15,021 nucleotides of DNA from Octopus sinensis (GCF_006345805.1 NW_021825593.1:1-15021); one strand, 5' to 3'. Shown: positions 1 through 11,158, counted from the first letter of the stretch. The notes: generated by a model from the letters alone, not told the origin. Translations and numbers: made by a program.

Positions 1-111
1 CCATCCATCCATACATACATACATACATACATACACGTATACATACACAGACACATACATACATAGAAAAACAGGGAGATAGATAGAACGATAGATAGAA
101 CGATAGCTAGT

Positions 112-174
<63 letters not shown>

Positions 175-334
175 AGTGAGAGAGAGAGATAGATAGATAG
201 ATAGAGAGAGAGAGGGAGAGAGAGAGAGAGAGATAGGGAGATAGAGAGATATAGATAGAAAGAGAGAGAGAGACAGGCAGGCAGACAGACAGGTTGACAT
301 GGGCAGATAAATAGATAGATAGGTAGAAAGGTAA

Positions 335-385
<51 letters not shown>

Positions 386-390
386 TATAG

Positions 391-429
<39 letters not shown>

Positions 430-460
430 TAGAGAGAGATTGACGGACAGACAGATAGAC
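1..460. repeat. Compound microsatellite (CATA)n/(GATA)n/(GA)n/(GACA)n
   Basis: Tandem tetra- and dinucleotide runs read directly from the sequence. Confidence 0.95.
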
Positions 461-744
461 ATATCTTTGTAACAGCTAAAAATACGTCCGTTTGGCTGAT
501 TTTCTCAGTTTCTCACACCCGGATGCGATCACGTATCCTATAAAATTCATTGTGCGTATATACATATAAGGGTCACACACACTAAGGGCCACGTGTACAG
601 CATGTATATTGCCACGTATACATCATATTTACAGCCACGTAACCATAATTAAATCCATATAAACTTTATATGACTAGGGTCAGCTGAAAAGTTCATATGT
701 TCATCAGGACACTCTTATGGATTGTGATCAAATGAGATTTGGTT

Positions 745-2118
745 ATCAACATAGACCCTTTGCGTTCTACATACTTCTTCCCTCGATGTTGCAGCGATTC
801 GAACCTATTGGTAACGATGCTTTCTTCCGGATGGTAGATCGAAGCCATCAACAACAACAGATATGACGCCATTATCACTACGGTACTGTTTCCCAGCCAA
901 ATCTCTGTTCAGATTGGGGAAAAGATGATAGTTAAATGGGGGCCAAACCAGGAGAAAAGGGATGCTGTTCAGCCGGTTCAAAGTCACAGCCACACACAGC
1001 AGCCATTAAACTTGTAAGTAGGAGTATTATCCTGATGAAACAGGATACTTTACTTGAGTTTTCCTGGGCGTTCCTAGCCTTTCGTAACTATCTTAATGAG
1101 TAGCCATAGTACTCTCCATTGATGGTGTGGCTCTCTTCAAGATAGTCTATAAATACACTGCCTTATTCATCTCCCTAAATTGAGGCCATCATCTTCCCTA
1201 CAGTTGAAAAGCCCTTGGTGTTGTTTCTACTGCATGGATTGTCTTTTTGTCTCTGGCTCAAAGTACTGAAACCAACACTCATCCTGAGTTAAGAAATGTT
1301 CAAGGAAACCAGCTGGGTCTGCCTTAGAGTCAGATTTTGCCGTAGTGTGATCAACCTGGTACTCTTTTGATCAGGAGTTAGAAGACGTAATACACACCGA
1401 GTAGAAACCTTCGTCATAAGGCGGTGAGCTGGCAGAAACGTTAGGGCGAAATGCTTAGCGGTATTTCGTCTGCCGCTACGTTCTGAGTTCAAATTCAGCC
1501 GAGGTCGACTTTGCCTTTCATCCTTTCGGGGTCGATTAAATAAGTACCAGTTACGCACTGGGGTCGATATCATCGACTTAATCCGTTTGTCTGTCCTTGT
1601 TTGTCTCTTCTGTGTTTAGCCCCTTGTGGGTAGTAAAGAAATAGGTATTTCATCTGCGCTACGTACTGAGTTAAAATTCCGCCGAGGTCGACTTTGCCTT
1701 TCATCCTTTCGGAGTCGATAAATTAAGTACCAATTATGCACTGGGGTCGATATAATCGACTTAATCCGTTTGTCTGTCCTTGTTTGTCTCCTCTGTGTTT
1801 AGTCCTTTGTGGGTAGTAAAGAAATAGGTATTTCATCTGCGCTACGTTCTGAGATCAAATTCCGCCGAGGTCGACTTTGCCTTTCATCCTTTCGGGGTCG
1901 ATTAAATAAGTACCAGTTACGTACTAGGGTCGATATAATCGACTTAATCCGTTTGTTTGTCCTTGTTTGTCTCCTCTGCGTGTAGCACCTTGTGCGCAAT
2001 AAAGAAATAAGAAACCTTCGTTATGTCAAGTTCATTGAGTGTTATATTCTCAACTCCATCACGAGGTATGCTAATATCATTGACTATTTCATTTACTGTC
2101 ATTCACCTGTCATCCACC
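745..2118 (-). pseudogene. Mariner transposase pseudogene (multiple stops and frameshifts, SINE-interrupted)
   Basis: Pieces appear in the ORF-track entries 693..878, 805..993 and the C-terminal half of 1289..1573; motifs as listed for the element. Confidence 0.85.
1418..2009 (+). mobile_element. tRNA-derived SINE family A, head-to-tail trimer (one full unit plus two units lacking the first ~40 nt)
   Basis: Head GGCGGTGAGCTGGCAGAAACG (A-box-like), B box GAGTTCAAATTC at 1485-1496. Units restart at GGTATTT (1460, 1644, 1827; period 184/183). 15-bp TSD AGAAACCTTCGT(C/T)AT at 1403-1417 and 2010-2024. Confidence 0.92.
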
Positions 2119-3958
<1,840 letters not shown>

Positions 3959-4061
3959 TATTTACTAGTATTCATTTTGAATATTTATTCATATATCCGT
4001 GTGAATATGTGTGCGTGAGCATGTTATGCGTAGGTATAAATAAATATGCATATGTATTTGC

Positions 4062-4343
4062 GTGTGTCTTTGTGTCTGTGTTTGTCACACACACAAACAT
4101 ACACACACACAGAGCTTTAGACAACCGTTGTTGGTTCATTTACGTCCCTGCAAAGTAGTTGTTCGGCAATGGAGACCGATAGAACTATATAGAATAAGCA
4201 GAAGAATTTAACAAAAAAAAAAAAAACTAAAAAGAAAAAAAAAAGAAACAAAACCAAGGTTTGATGTGTTCAACTGAACCCTTCAAAGTAGTGCTCCATC
4301 TTGGCCGCAATCCAGGTACGGAAACTAGAATAAGACAATAAAA
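4062..4343 (+). mobile_element. Old, diverged 3' portion of SINE family C
   Basis: GACAACCG..TTTACGTCCC..GTTCGGCAA..GAGACCGATAGAA..GTGCTCCATCTTGGCCGCA..GAAAC matches the reverse complement of the copies at 12527-12717 and 14867-15021. It carries an internal A-rich expansion at ~4210-4250. Confidence 0.75.
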
Positions 4344-4740
4344 TGTAAGACATGACACTAACCAGGATTGATGTGTAGGCGACATGGCAAGAAAATAATA
4401 ATGAAATGCCCAAAGCGTTTCTCAATGTCGTCTTTGTCACAAATTCTTTCTTTGAAACTTCAGGAATTGGTTCTTTTCTATGATTTACCATTAAATTTGA
4501 GACCGATTTTCTTCAAACTTTCAATCATTGGTCGTCATTATGTTTTATTGTCAGTCAATTCTGAACTATTGAAATGAAGTATAATAAACAGACAGAGAGA
4601 CATCTAGTAGAAAGACAAGTTTATTTAGCTAGTTATTTGCGCACACTGTCAAATCATGTATAGATGTATGTGTGAGTGTGTTTGTGTGCGTGCGTATGTG
4701 AGTGTGCGTCTGTGTATTTACATACACGTGTGTATGGATA

Positions 4741-4764
4741 TGTATCTCTATCTGTCTGTCTGTG

Positions 4765-4819
<55 letters not shown>

Positions 4820-4886
4820 ATGTCTGTCTGTCTGTCTGTCTGTTGTCTGTCTGTCTGTCTGTCTATCTATCTACCTATCTATTTTC

Positions 4887-4956
<70 letters not shown>
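4741..4956. repeat. (TCTA)n/(TCTG)n microsatellite, preceded by a (TG)-rich tract from ~4665
   Basis: Direct reading. Confidence 0.95.
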
Positions 4957-4957
<1 letters not shown>

Positions 4958-5585
4958 GCTGTCACGTGTGGGACGAATCCGCCTATCGGCCGAGTCTATC
5001 GTGAGAATTGCTCCGCACCCTTCCCTCAACCGGGAAGGCAAGGCAGTTTTCATCGTACTGGTGGCCATGGTGAAAGAATGTGTGTGGTGGACTCGAGCGA
5101 AAGGATTAGAGACAAACACTTACCTCTCTGGCCAATCGCTCATCAACTTTTCAAGTACCACTTGAAAAGGAAGGTGAGAATGGAGAGGGAAGTTTTGTCT
5201 CGCGAAAGATTCAAAAAAAGATGGGTGAATGTTGCAAAGATGGTGCGTGCTAGTAACGAAACCATTTTGAGCATGATCCTGTAGATCGTAAAAAAGAAAG
5301 AAAGAGAGCATTTTTGACCTCATGTGTTTATTTCCTCCCTGACTGGGGTTCCCGTGGTCTTTTCTGTACGCTTTTCTTCCCACGGATGAACCCAATCTTG
5401 TTATATCAATGTTTACACCATTATTTCTGTGATACACGATTTTCTTTTTTTTCCTTTTTTCCTCCTCTCGATCCCTTTTGATCGCAATCTTACATTTTTT
5501 ATTTTTTTCCACCCTCGAAAAGAAAAGCTCTGCATTTGTATTTGTCCCCTCTGTATTCAGCCCTGTGTGGCTAATAAAAGAAAGT
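4957..5585 (+). mobile_element. 5'-truncated Tx1/L1-clade LINE: ORF2 C-terminus plus 3'UTR
   Basis: [33 protein letters not shown].. then a frameshift at the T-run ~5147-5151 to [31 protein letters not shown] (stop 5282-5284). This resembles the K..IW..R / F...W C-terminal signature of Tx1-type ORF2. A T-rich UTR follows, with AATAAA at 5573-5578 and then (TCTA)n. Confidence 0.75.
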
Positions 5586-5622
5586 TATCTATCTGTCAAT
5601 CTATCTATCTACCTATCTATCT
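5586..5622. repeat. Short imperfect (TCTA)n tract between the two LINE pieces
   Basis: TATCTATCTGTCAATCTATCTATCTACCTATCTATCT. Confidence 0.9.
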
Positions 5623-6493
5623 CACCCCCACCCCCCAAACTCAAACACCACACCCCAACTGTCACCAAACAGCACCAACACCACCAACAACAAAAGTCAG
5701 CACACTCAGAAATAGATCCCAATACCCTTTCCCTCCCTCCCACCCTCTGATTCCTCCGACATGTCGTCAGATGAAGACGACACAGAGGATTGGCAAGTGG
5801 CCACAAGGACAAGGTAAAAAAAAAGGTAGTGTTGGTGGTGGTGGTGGTAAGGGGGAGAATAGAGAAGCAAACAAACAAAGCAGGGAGGTTTACTACTCCC
5901 GAAACTAAAAGACCCGCAGAAAAACAAAAGCATCAACACAAACACGCCAACATCAAACCCCCACAACAAAGCTGACAGCTACAAACACCAACAATCCAGA
6001 CCTAATGGAATACCTATTTCTATTTCTTTATTACCCACAAGGGGCTAAACACAGAGGGGACAAACAAGGACAGACATAGGTATTAAGTCGATTACACCGA
6101 CCCTAGTGCGTAACTGGTACTTAATTTATCGACCCCGAAAGGATGAAAGGCAAAGTCGACCTCGGCAGAATTTGAACTCACAACGTAACGCAGACGAAAT
6201 ACGGCTACGCATTTCGCCCGGCGTGCTAACGTTTCTGCCAGCTCGCCGCCTTTTGGAATACCTAATGGAATACCTTAGGTCAAACAGCAACATAACAAAA
6301 AAATGGTATCAAAACAAAGAATCACCCACGCACAACACCACCACAACACTTTAAAATCATACACAGCACACTGATATCTCTCTACCCGGATGCAGTAGGG
6401 AGATTCCAAAAATACCTCTCTAAAAAACTATACAAAAACTTTCTGGAAGAAGACTGTGGGGTGAAGGACAAAGAACTTTCGGACTGTAAGTAA
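5623..6493 (+). pseudogene. Putative LINE ORF1 C-terminal remnant (frameshifted, SINE-interrupted)
   Basis: Low-complexity P/T/Q stretch, then SDSSDMSSDEDDTEDWQVATRTR (5746-5814). The frame KLTATNTNNPDLMEYL|RSNSNITK is continuous once the SINE and one TSD are removed. It ends ..PQHFKIIHSTLISLYPDAVGRFQKYLSKKLYKNFLEEDCGVKDKELSDCK* just before ORF2. The assignment is positional; no domain was recognised. Confidence 0.55.
6016..6252 (-). mobile_element. Full-length SINE family A monomer
   Basis: The reverse complement starts GGCGGCGAGCTGGCAGAAACGTTAGCACGCCGG, has B box GAGTTCAAATTC and ends AATAAAGAAATAGAAAT. 16-bp TSD ACCTAATGGAATACCT at 6000-6015 and 6260-6275. Confidence 0.93.
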
Positions 6494-6566
6494 CTCTCTC
6501 TCTCTCTCTCTCTCTCTTTCACTCTCGTTTCCCTTTCGTGTGTAAAACACAACCTTTGACAGGAAC

Positions 6567-7667
6567 ATGCTCAAAATAGACAGTATAAATGTACGTGGTT
6601 TGCGGTCGCCTTGGAAACAAGGCTACCTGTCAAACGACATCGAGTCACAAAATCTACATATCATAACCATCAGTGAGACCAGACTCCACGGCCCGCGGGC
6701 CCTCCAGCACATGTTCGGACATTTCGACATTTAGTTTTCTCCGTGTCTGCCGAGAATGGGCGGAGGAGTTACTTCGGTGCTTCTTCAGAAGAGGCTGGGC
6801 CTCGATGTAAGATCGATTTTCCTTGACTCGAAGGGTAGGTAGTTCGTCTTGGATGTCGATGGCAGCAATAAGTGTACTTTTCCACTGATAACAGTTTATG
6901 CACCATCCTTAAAAGGCCGGCCAGATTTCTTTCGACGTCTAGAGGTTTTCCTGGGAACGTGTCGACCTTTACTTTTAGTGGGGGATTGGAATGCTACCCT
7001 AGACATGCATCTAGACTACGTGGGAAGAGACAATAATAGGAGGGGATGTAAATGCCTGAAGGACCTGCTCAGACGTTTCCAACTGTCTGATAGGTATCTA
7101 CTGGACCACCCGAATGTGCCAATGTGGACATGGACCAACCGCATCGGGTCGTCCAGATCGTATTTAGATAGAGTATTTTGTAGGACAGTGGATAATGATA
7201 GTCTAGTTTGTCCACATTTCCACACAGTTAGCTACACAGACCACAAATTTGTGACTTGTACACTTGACTTAGACAAGAGACATAGGCAGGATCCCGGTTA
7301 CTGGAAACTGAACGCGTCGTTCACGGAACGCCAGGCTTACAGGGACAGGATTAGCACATTAGTTAAGAGAACACTGACGGGTGCCATCGTCAACAACAGA
7401 TGGTGGTATGCCCTAAAGATATCAATTAAAGCAGAATCGGTTAGGTACAGTAAGACCCTAGCATTAGACCGAAACAGAATAGAGGGAGACCTAGTTAAGA
7501 AATTAGAAGAGGCACTTAGAACTGACATCGCGTCCAACGTACTGGCGGCAAAGTTAGCCCTCGACTAACACTTCAGCGCCAAACACGAAGGATGCATTAT
7601 CAGAGCTAGGATTCTTGCTCTGAGGAACGAAGGAGTTGGAGTCGCCCGAGAGGCGGAGGCGCAATAA
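6567..7667 (+). pseudogene. LINE ORF2 N-terminal apurinic/apyrimidinic-type (APE/EEP) endonuclease, Tx1-like
   Basis: Single frame from ATG 6567 with in-frame stops at 6732, 6840 and 7566. Motifs SINVRGL, ISETR, VYAP, GDWN, SYLDRVF, TDH, then the Tx1/L1-typical PGYWKLN and GCIIRAR. Confidence 0.92.
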
Positions 7668-8004
7668 AAATCTATAAACAAGTAACTTTTTATGCATCAT
7701 ATATCATTTGGAAAAGCATGAAGATCACCACGACTCACTTCCCCGTTCATTAAATCGTTATATATACAGGTGTTTCGGACCAAACAACGACATTGCTGCA
7801 ACGTACAGGCTTAACTTGAAAGCCTTTAAACAAAGGCAAAATACGTTGTATAATACACACAAGGGCAGGTAATCGTTGAAACAAACAAGTTAACAGGGTG
7901 GTCAACAGCTGCAATGAATGTGATCTGAATTTACTGAATCAGAGCTGAATCAGGGCTGAATTTACTGAATCAGACCTGACAAAGGGTTAAAAAAGAAGAA
8001 CTAC

Positions 8005-8049
8005 GACAACAACAACAACAACAACAGCAGCAGCAGCAGCAGCTGCAGT
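8005..8049. repeat. (CAA)n(CAG)n trinucleotide repeat
   Basis: Direct reading. Confidence 0.9.
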
Positions 8050-8262
8050 AGTGGCTGGGCTTTTGTGCACGAGAAATAAAGAGACCTGTACCATCTCTGT
8101 ATTGTAACAGTACAAGCCAATCTAATATGTATGAATTCAATAATAAAATATTCTCAACATATGACAAATATATTGTTACCGATGACATTTCCAGTTGGGG
8201 TATAAACAAAGGAGTGATTCAGGTTTTTATTTTGTTTACCTGGATAGAAAAAGAGAGTGGAA

Positions 8263-8458
8263 TGGTGGTGGTGGTGGTGGTGCCGGTGGTGGTGGTGGTG
8301 GTGATAAGGGTTTGATAATATATCACTTCTACGTGGGTAGAATATTTGAGCGATACCGTTGTCGTAATCTTTAAATGACGACGATGAAGATAAGGATGAT
8401 GATGATGACGACAACGACAACGATGACGATGACGACAATGATGATATTGATGATGATG
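8263..8458. repeat. (GGT)n at ~8263-8303 and (GAT/GAC)n at ~8376-8458
   Basis: Direct reading. Confidence 0.9.
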
Positions 8459-8571
8459 TATTTTTAATTTCGCGTATGCGCATTGTTTGTTTTTGATGTT
8501 GTCGACTACACAGTAAGTGCAAGATGTCTGGTACTATCTTGTTTGGCACCGGCTGTGAGAAAAACAGCACC

Positions 8572-9354
8572 ATGACGCAATTCACTCCGCCAGAAATTTG
8601 GGAACTATATGCTGTACTGCTTGGCATTAGCGCCGGAAGCTCCAATACAAACGTTTCAGAGGGTTTGAGTGTCAATCTGAGGACAGCGCACGTACAGAAA
8701 GTGATAAATATCAAACATCCAGTCAACATCATGGTGTTTGGAGTGATCGGCCTACATCAAGTACCTGGAGGAAGTAGTGATGCCCTGGGTCAAGAGGGTG
8801 GCTGCTGGAAGACCTTATGTTTTGCAACAGGAGTCTGCACCATACCTATTTCTTTATTGCCCACAAGGGGCTAAACATAGAGGAGACAAACATGGACAGA
8901 CATAGGTATTAAGTCGATTATATCGACCCCAGTGCTTAACTGGTACTTAATTTATCGACCCCGAAAGGATGAAAGGCAAAGTCGACCTCGGCGGAATTTG
9001 AACTCACAACGTAACGGCAGCCGAAATACCGCTAAACATTTCGCCCGACGTGCTAACGATTCTGCTAGCTCACACAAACAGAACACGGTCATGGCTGTGA
9101 GACAATTTCTATGACCACACCACTCCTAAAATGTGGCCACCTTACTCCCCAATCTGTGACCCCTAGATTATTATGTGTGAAGCGCAGTTGAGCGAGCGAC
9201 CACCAAAACTCCTTGTAACATAAAAAATGAACTGAAGACAAGTATTATGGCAGCATTCACCAACTTAAACAAGGAGACCGTCCAGAAGAGTTGCAGGAGA
9301 TTCCGAAGATGTCTGGAGACTGTGGTTAGAGCCAATGGCGATTTTATTGAATAA
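8572..9354 (+). pseudogene. maT/DD37D-like transposase pseudogene
   Basis: MTQFTPPEIW..VNLRTA (HTH start) / deletion / KHPVNIMVFGVI / deletion / AYIKYLEEVVMPWVKRVAAGRPYVLQQESAP [SINE] HTNRTRSWL*DNFYDHTTPKMWPPYSPICDP-DYYV*SAVE..SCRRFRRCLETVVRANGDFIE*. Spacing between the second (D to E) and third catalytic positions is about 36-37 residues. Confidence 0.85.
8844..9071 (-). mobile_element. SINE family A monomer, slightly 5'-truncated, no TSD
   Basis: The reverse complement runs GAGCTAGCAGAATCGTTAGCACGTCGGGCG..GAGTTCAAATTCC..GGGCAATAAAGAAATAGGT. It sits between the SAP and HT codons of the transposase. Confidence 0.92.
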
Positions 9355-9469
9355 ATTTACTCTTTAGTATTTCAAGATATTGTTATGTAATTTTGGTAAA
9401 GATATCTGTTAAAATGAAGTTTTAACAGATATTTTTGCGTAACTTAGACGACAATATATTCATTGCACG

Positions 9470-9716
9470 GTGTGTGTGTGTGTGTGTGTGGTTGTGTGTT
9501 TGTCTGCGCCCGTGTGTATATATATACACATCTATACATACATATAATAGTATGCTGGTGAGCATATATATACATATCCGTTTAGCTAGCTTCCCTCTCT
9601 CCTCACTTCTCCCTCTCTCTCTCTCTCTCTCTTTAAATATATATATATATATATATATATACATGGAAATGTACATTCCTACATGCATATAAACACGCAC
9701 ACATACACATACACAC
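9470..9716. repeat. Mixed (TG)n, (CT)n, (TA)n, (CA)n microsatellites
   Basis: Direct reading. Confidence 0.85.
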
Positions 9717-9849
9717 TTGCGTATATGATGATTACTTTATCTTGTCAGATGGAAGCCATCTCACGTTCAACCTGATTGTTTACTTTCATCCTTTCATGTG
9801 TAAAGATATCCACCGCCATAGGACTTTATAAAATACAAAATGGATCAAC

Positions 9850-9992
9850 AAATGAAATTATAGTGAGACATCTGTGCTTCATGTCACTACATTTAAGTAA
9901 CAAAAACTTGTACAACCTATTTGACACTCTTTTAATCGCCATGGTACGTTCGAGTGACAATAATTTCAAGATGTCTGGTACTACCTTGACTG
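9850..9992 (+). mobile_element. Probable 5' non-coding fragment of a second copy of the maT-like transposon
   Basis: CAAGATGTCTGGTACTA(C/T)CTTG at 9967-9988 matches 8520-8541 (21/22), which lies just upstream of the transposase ATG. The left boundary is uncertain. Confidence 0.5.
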
Positions 9993-10086
9993 CAAGTTTT
10001 ATGTCAGAGTATCTTTATCCTAGAAGAACTGCCCTCCCCACGGCTTTGTCAAAATTATCAGGAGCCTCCTCTACCCGTGGGGAATC

Positions 10087-10248
10087 TATTTAACCCATAG
10101 ATGGGGTCCCCGCGGATACTACCGTTCCGAGTCAAAACGAACCTGGGAATAATGGAAATTAAGGAATGACTCCACGCTCCCCACAACTCCAGAACTCCCA
10201 AACTGGAGCTACAACACTGAATGCCGTTTAATGTCGTAGTCATGATAT
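10087..10248. mobile_element. Diverged interspersed repeat (retroposon-like), family unassigned
   Basis: ACCCATAGATGGG..TACTACC..ACCTGGGAATAATGG..ACTCCAC..CTCCAGAACT..GGAGC resembles an abundant octopus repeat as recalled from memory. There is no second copy in the window to confirm it. Confidence 0.4.
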
Positions 10249-10694
10249 TACATATAAGACAGCAGGCAGGCGAAGCAATGTTATGGAACAAATAAACGTT
10301 TGGATCAGTTCAGATATGATTGTGACATATTTCATGGGTAAAAAGAGTATTTTGAAGACAGTTTGCTGTAGAAAAACTTCTCTCGTTAGGAAACAGGTAT
10401 TTAAACACTAAGAGACATTTCAGAGTGACCCTTGTGAGACAACGATTTAATTTCAAGCTCCTTTACTATCGCCAGAACCGAATACCAAACGGGACAAATT
10501 TGACTACAGAGTCCACTTTGAAATTGCTGTTGGAATTTTAAGGTCAGTTGCCTGAAGCAAAAATTTTCCCCATGACAAACCACAATGAAAAGGGCATTTT
10601 ATGGATCAAATGAAGTTTCGCACTTCAGTCTTTTCTACTATATCTATGTATGATTTTATACCTATTTCTATCACTATCTTTTCGTCAGTGGAAA

Positions 10695-11107
10695 AAGCTA
10701 GAATAGCGTTGACCCTTAAGGGTTAGCTACATTTAGGTGGCGATTATACTTCACGATGTTGTGTTGCTACTGTTTATATCTCGCCCAGAGATTTATTATT
10801 ACTTGTTTCCACTTTTTCGAGATGAGTGACTTTTCGGCACTGGAAAAAGTATATATTTGCATTGAGAATCACTTCCCATCGACAACAGGTGGTTGTCACA
10901 CACTGGTGATGGGCCAGTCCCCAGAAACTCGAGTCCATGTGTATCACGTCAGGCTGGAGATAGGAAGGATGATTTCCCTTTGCAAATACTGAAAGGGCAC
11001 AGATAGTGTGTCAATAGCCAGATGGAGGAGAAGTCTTCCTGGGGCTACAAGCTACAGTAGCATCGAACCTTAAGGGTTAGTCACAGTTAGGTAGCAAATA
11101 TACTTCA

Positions 11108-11111
<4 letters not shown>
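10695..11111 (+). repeat. 63-bp imperfect direct repeats (10695-10757, 11049-11111) bounding a 354-bp unit; possible Penelope pLTR or retrozyme-like remnant
   Basis: Ungapped alignment 52/63 with core CCTTAAGGGTTAG..TTAGGT..TATACTTCACGAT. A hammerhead-like motif lies inside at 10898-10942. Confidence 0.7.

Positions 11112-11158
<47 letters not shown>
11110..11158. repeat. (TA)n microsatellite
   Basis: Direct reading. Confidence 0.95.

Larger units (their letters stand above)
673..2118 (-). mobile_element. Decayed mariner (Tc1/mariner, DD34D-type, irritans/Himar1-like) DNA transposon, 5' part missing
   Basis: Minus-strand translation across frameshifts and stops gives VDDR*MTVNEIVNDISI..ELD | MTKVSTRCVLRLLTPDQK (WVPRLL-like), FLTQDECW (first D), FEPETKRQSMQ, GKMMAS..FIDYLEESHTINGEYY, LFHQDN (second D), SPGLAP-FNYHLFPNL..LAGKQYRSD (YSPDLAPSDY-like, third D to N), LQHRGKKYVERKG. 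A TIR-like end (CTAGGGTCAGCTGAAAAGTTC) lies near 674-694. A SINE trimer is inserted at 1418-2009. Confidence 0.9.
5623..7667 (+). mobile_element. Tx1/L1-clade LINE fragment: ORF1 3' part, (CT)n-containing spacer and ORF2 endonuclease; RT and 3' end absent
   Basis: A/C-rich ORF1-like sequence ending in TAA at 6491-6493, a 73-nt spacer, ATG at 6567, then the APE domain and linker until the frame ends at 7667. Confidence 0.8.
8500..9472 (+). mobile_element. Internally deleted Tc1/mariner-superfamily transposon (maT/DD37D-like), SINE-interrupted
   Basis: Transposase pieces as listed for the pseudogene, with a 3' flank ending in a TIR-like GACGACAATATATTCATTGCACGGTG. Element boundaries are approximate. 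Confidence 0.8.

Noticed and set aside
1030-1046. CTGATGAAAC hammerhead-like string
   Set aside because: It is the reverse complement of the transposase codons LFHQD and has no helix II.
1460-2009. Regularly spaced repeats as a CRISPR-like array
   Set aside because: The units are contiguous ~183-bp SINE bodies with no unique spacers, in a eukaryotic context.
7990-8052. Possible polyQ exon (KEELRQQQ..LQ*)
   Set aside because: Short, bounded by stops and without convincing splice context; a simple repeat.
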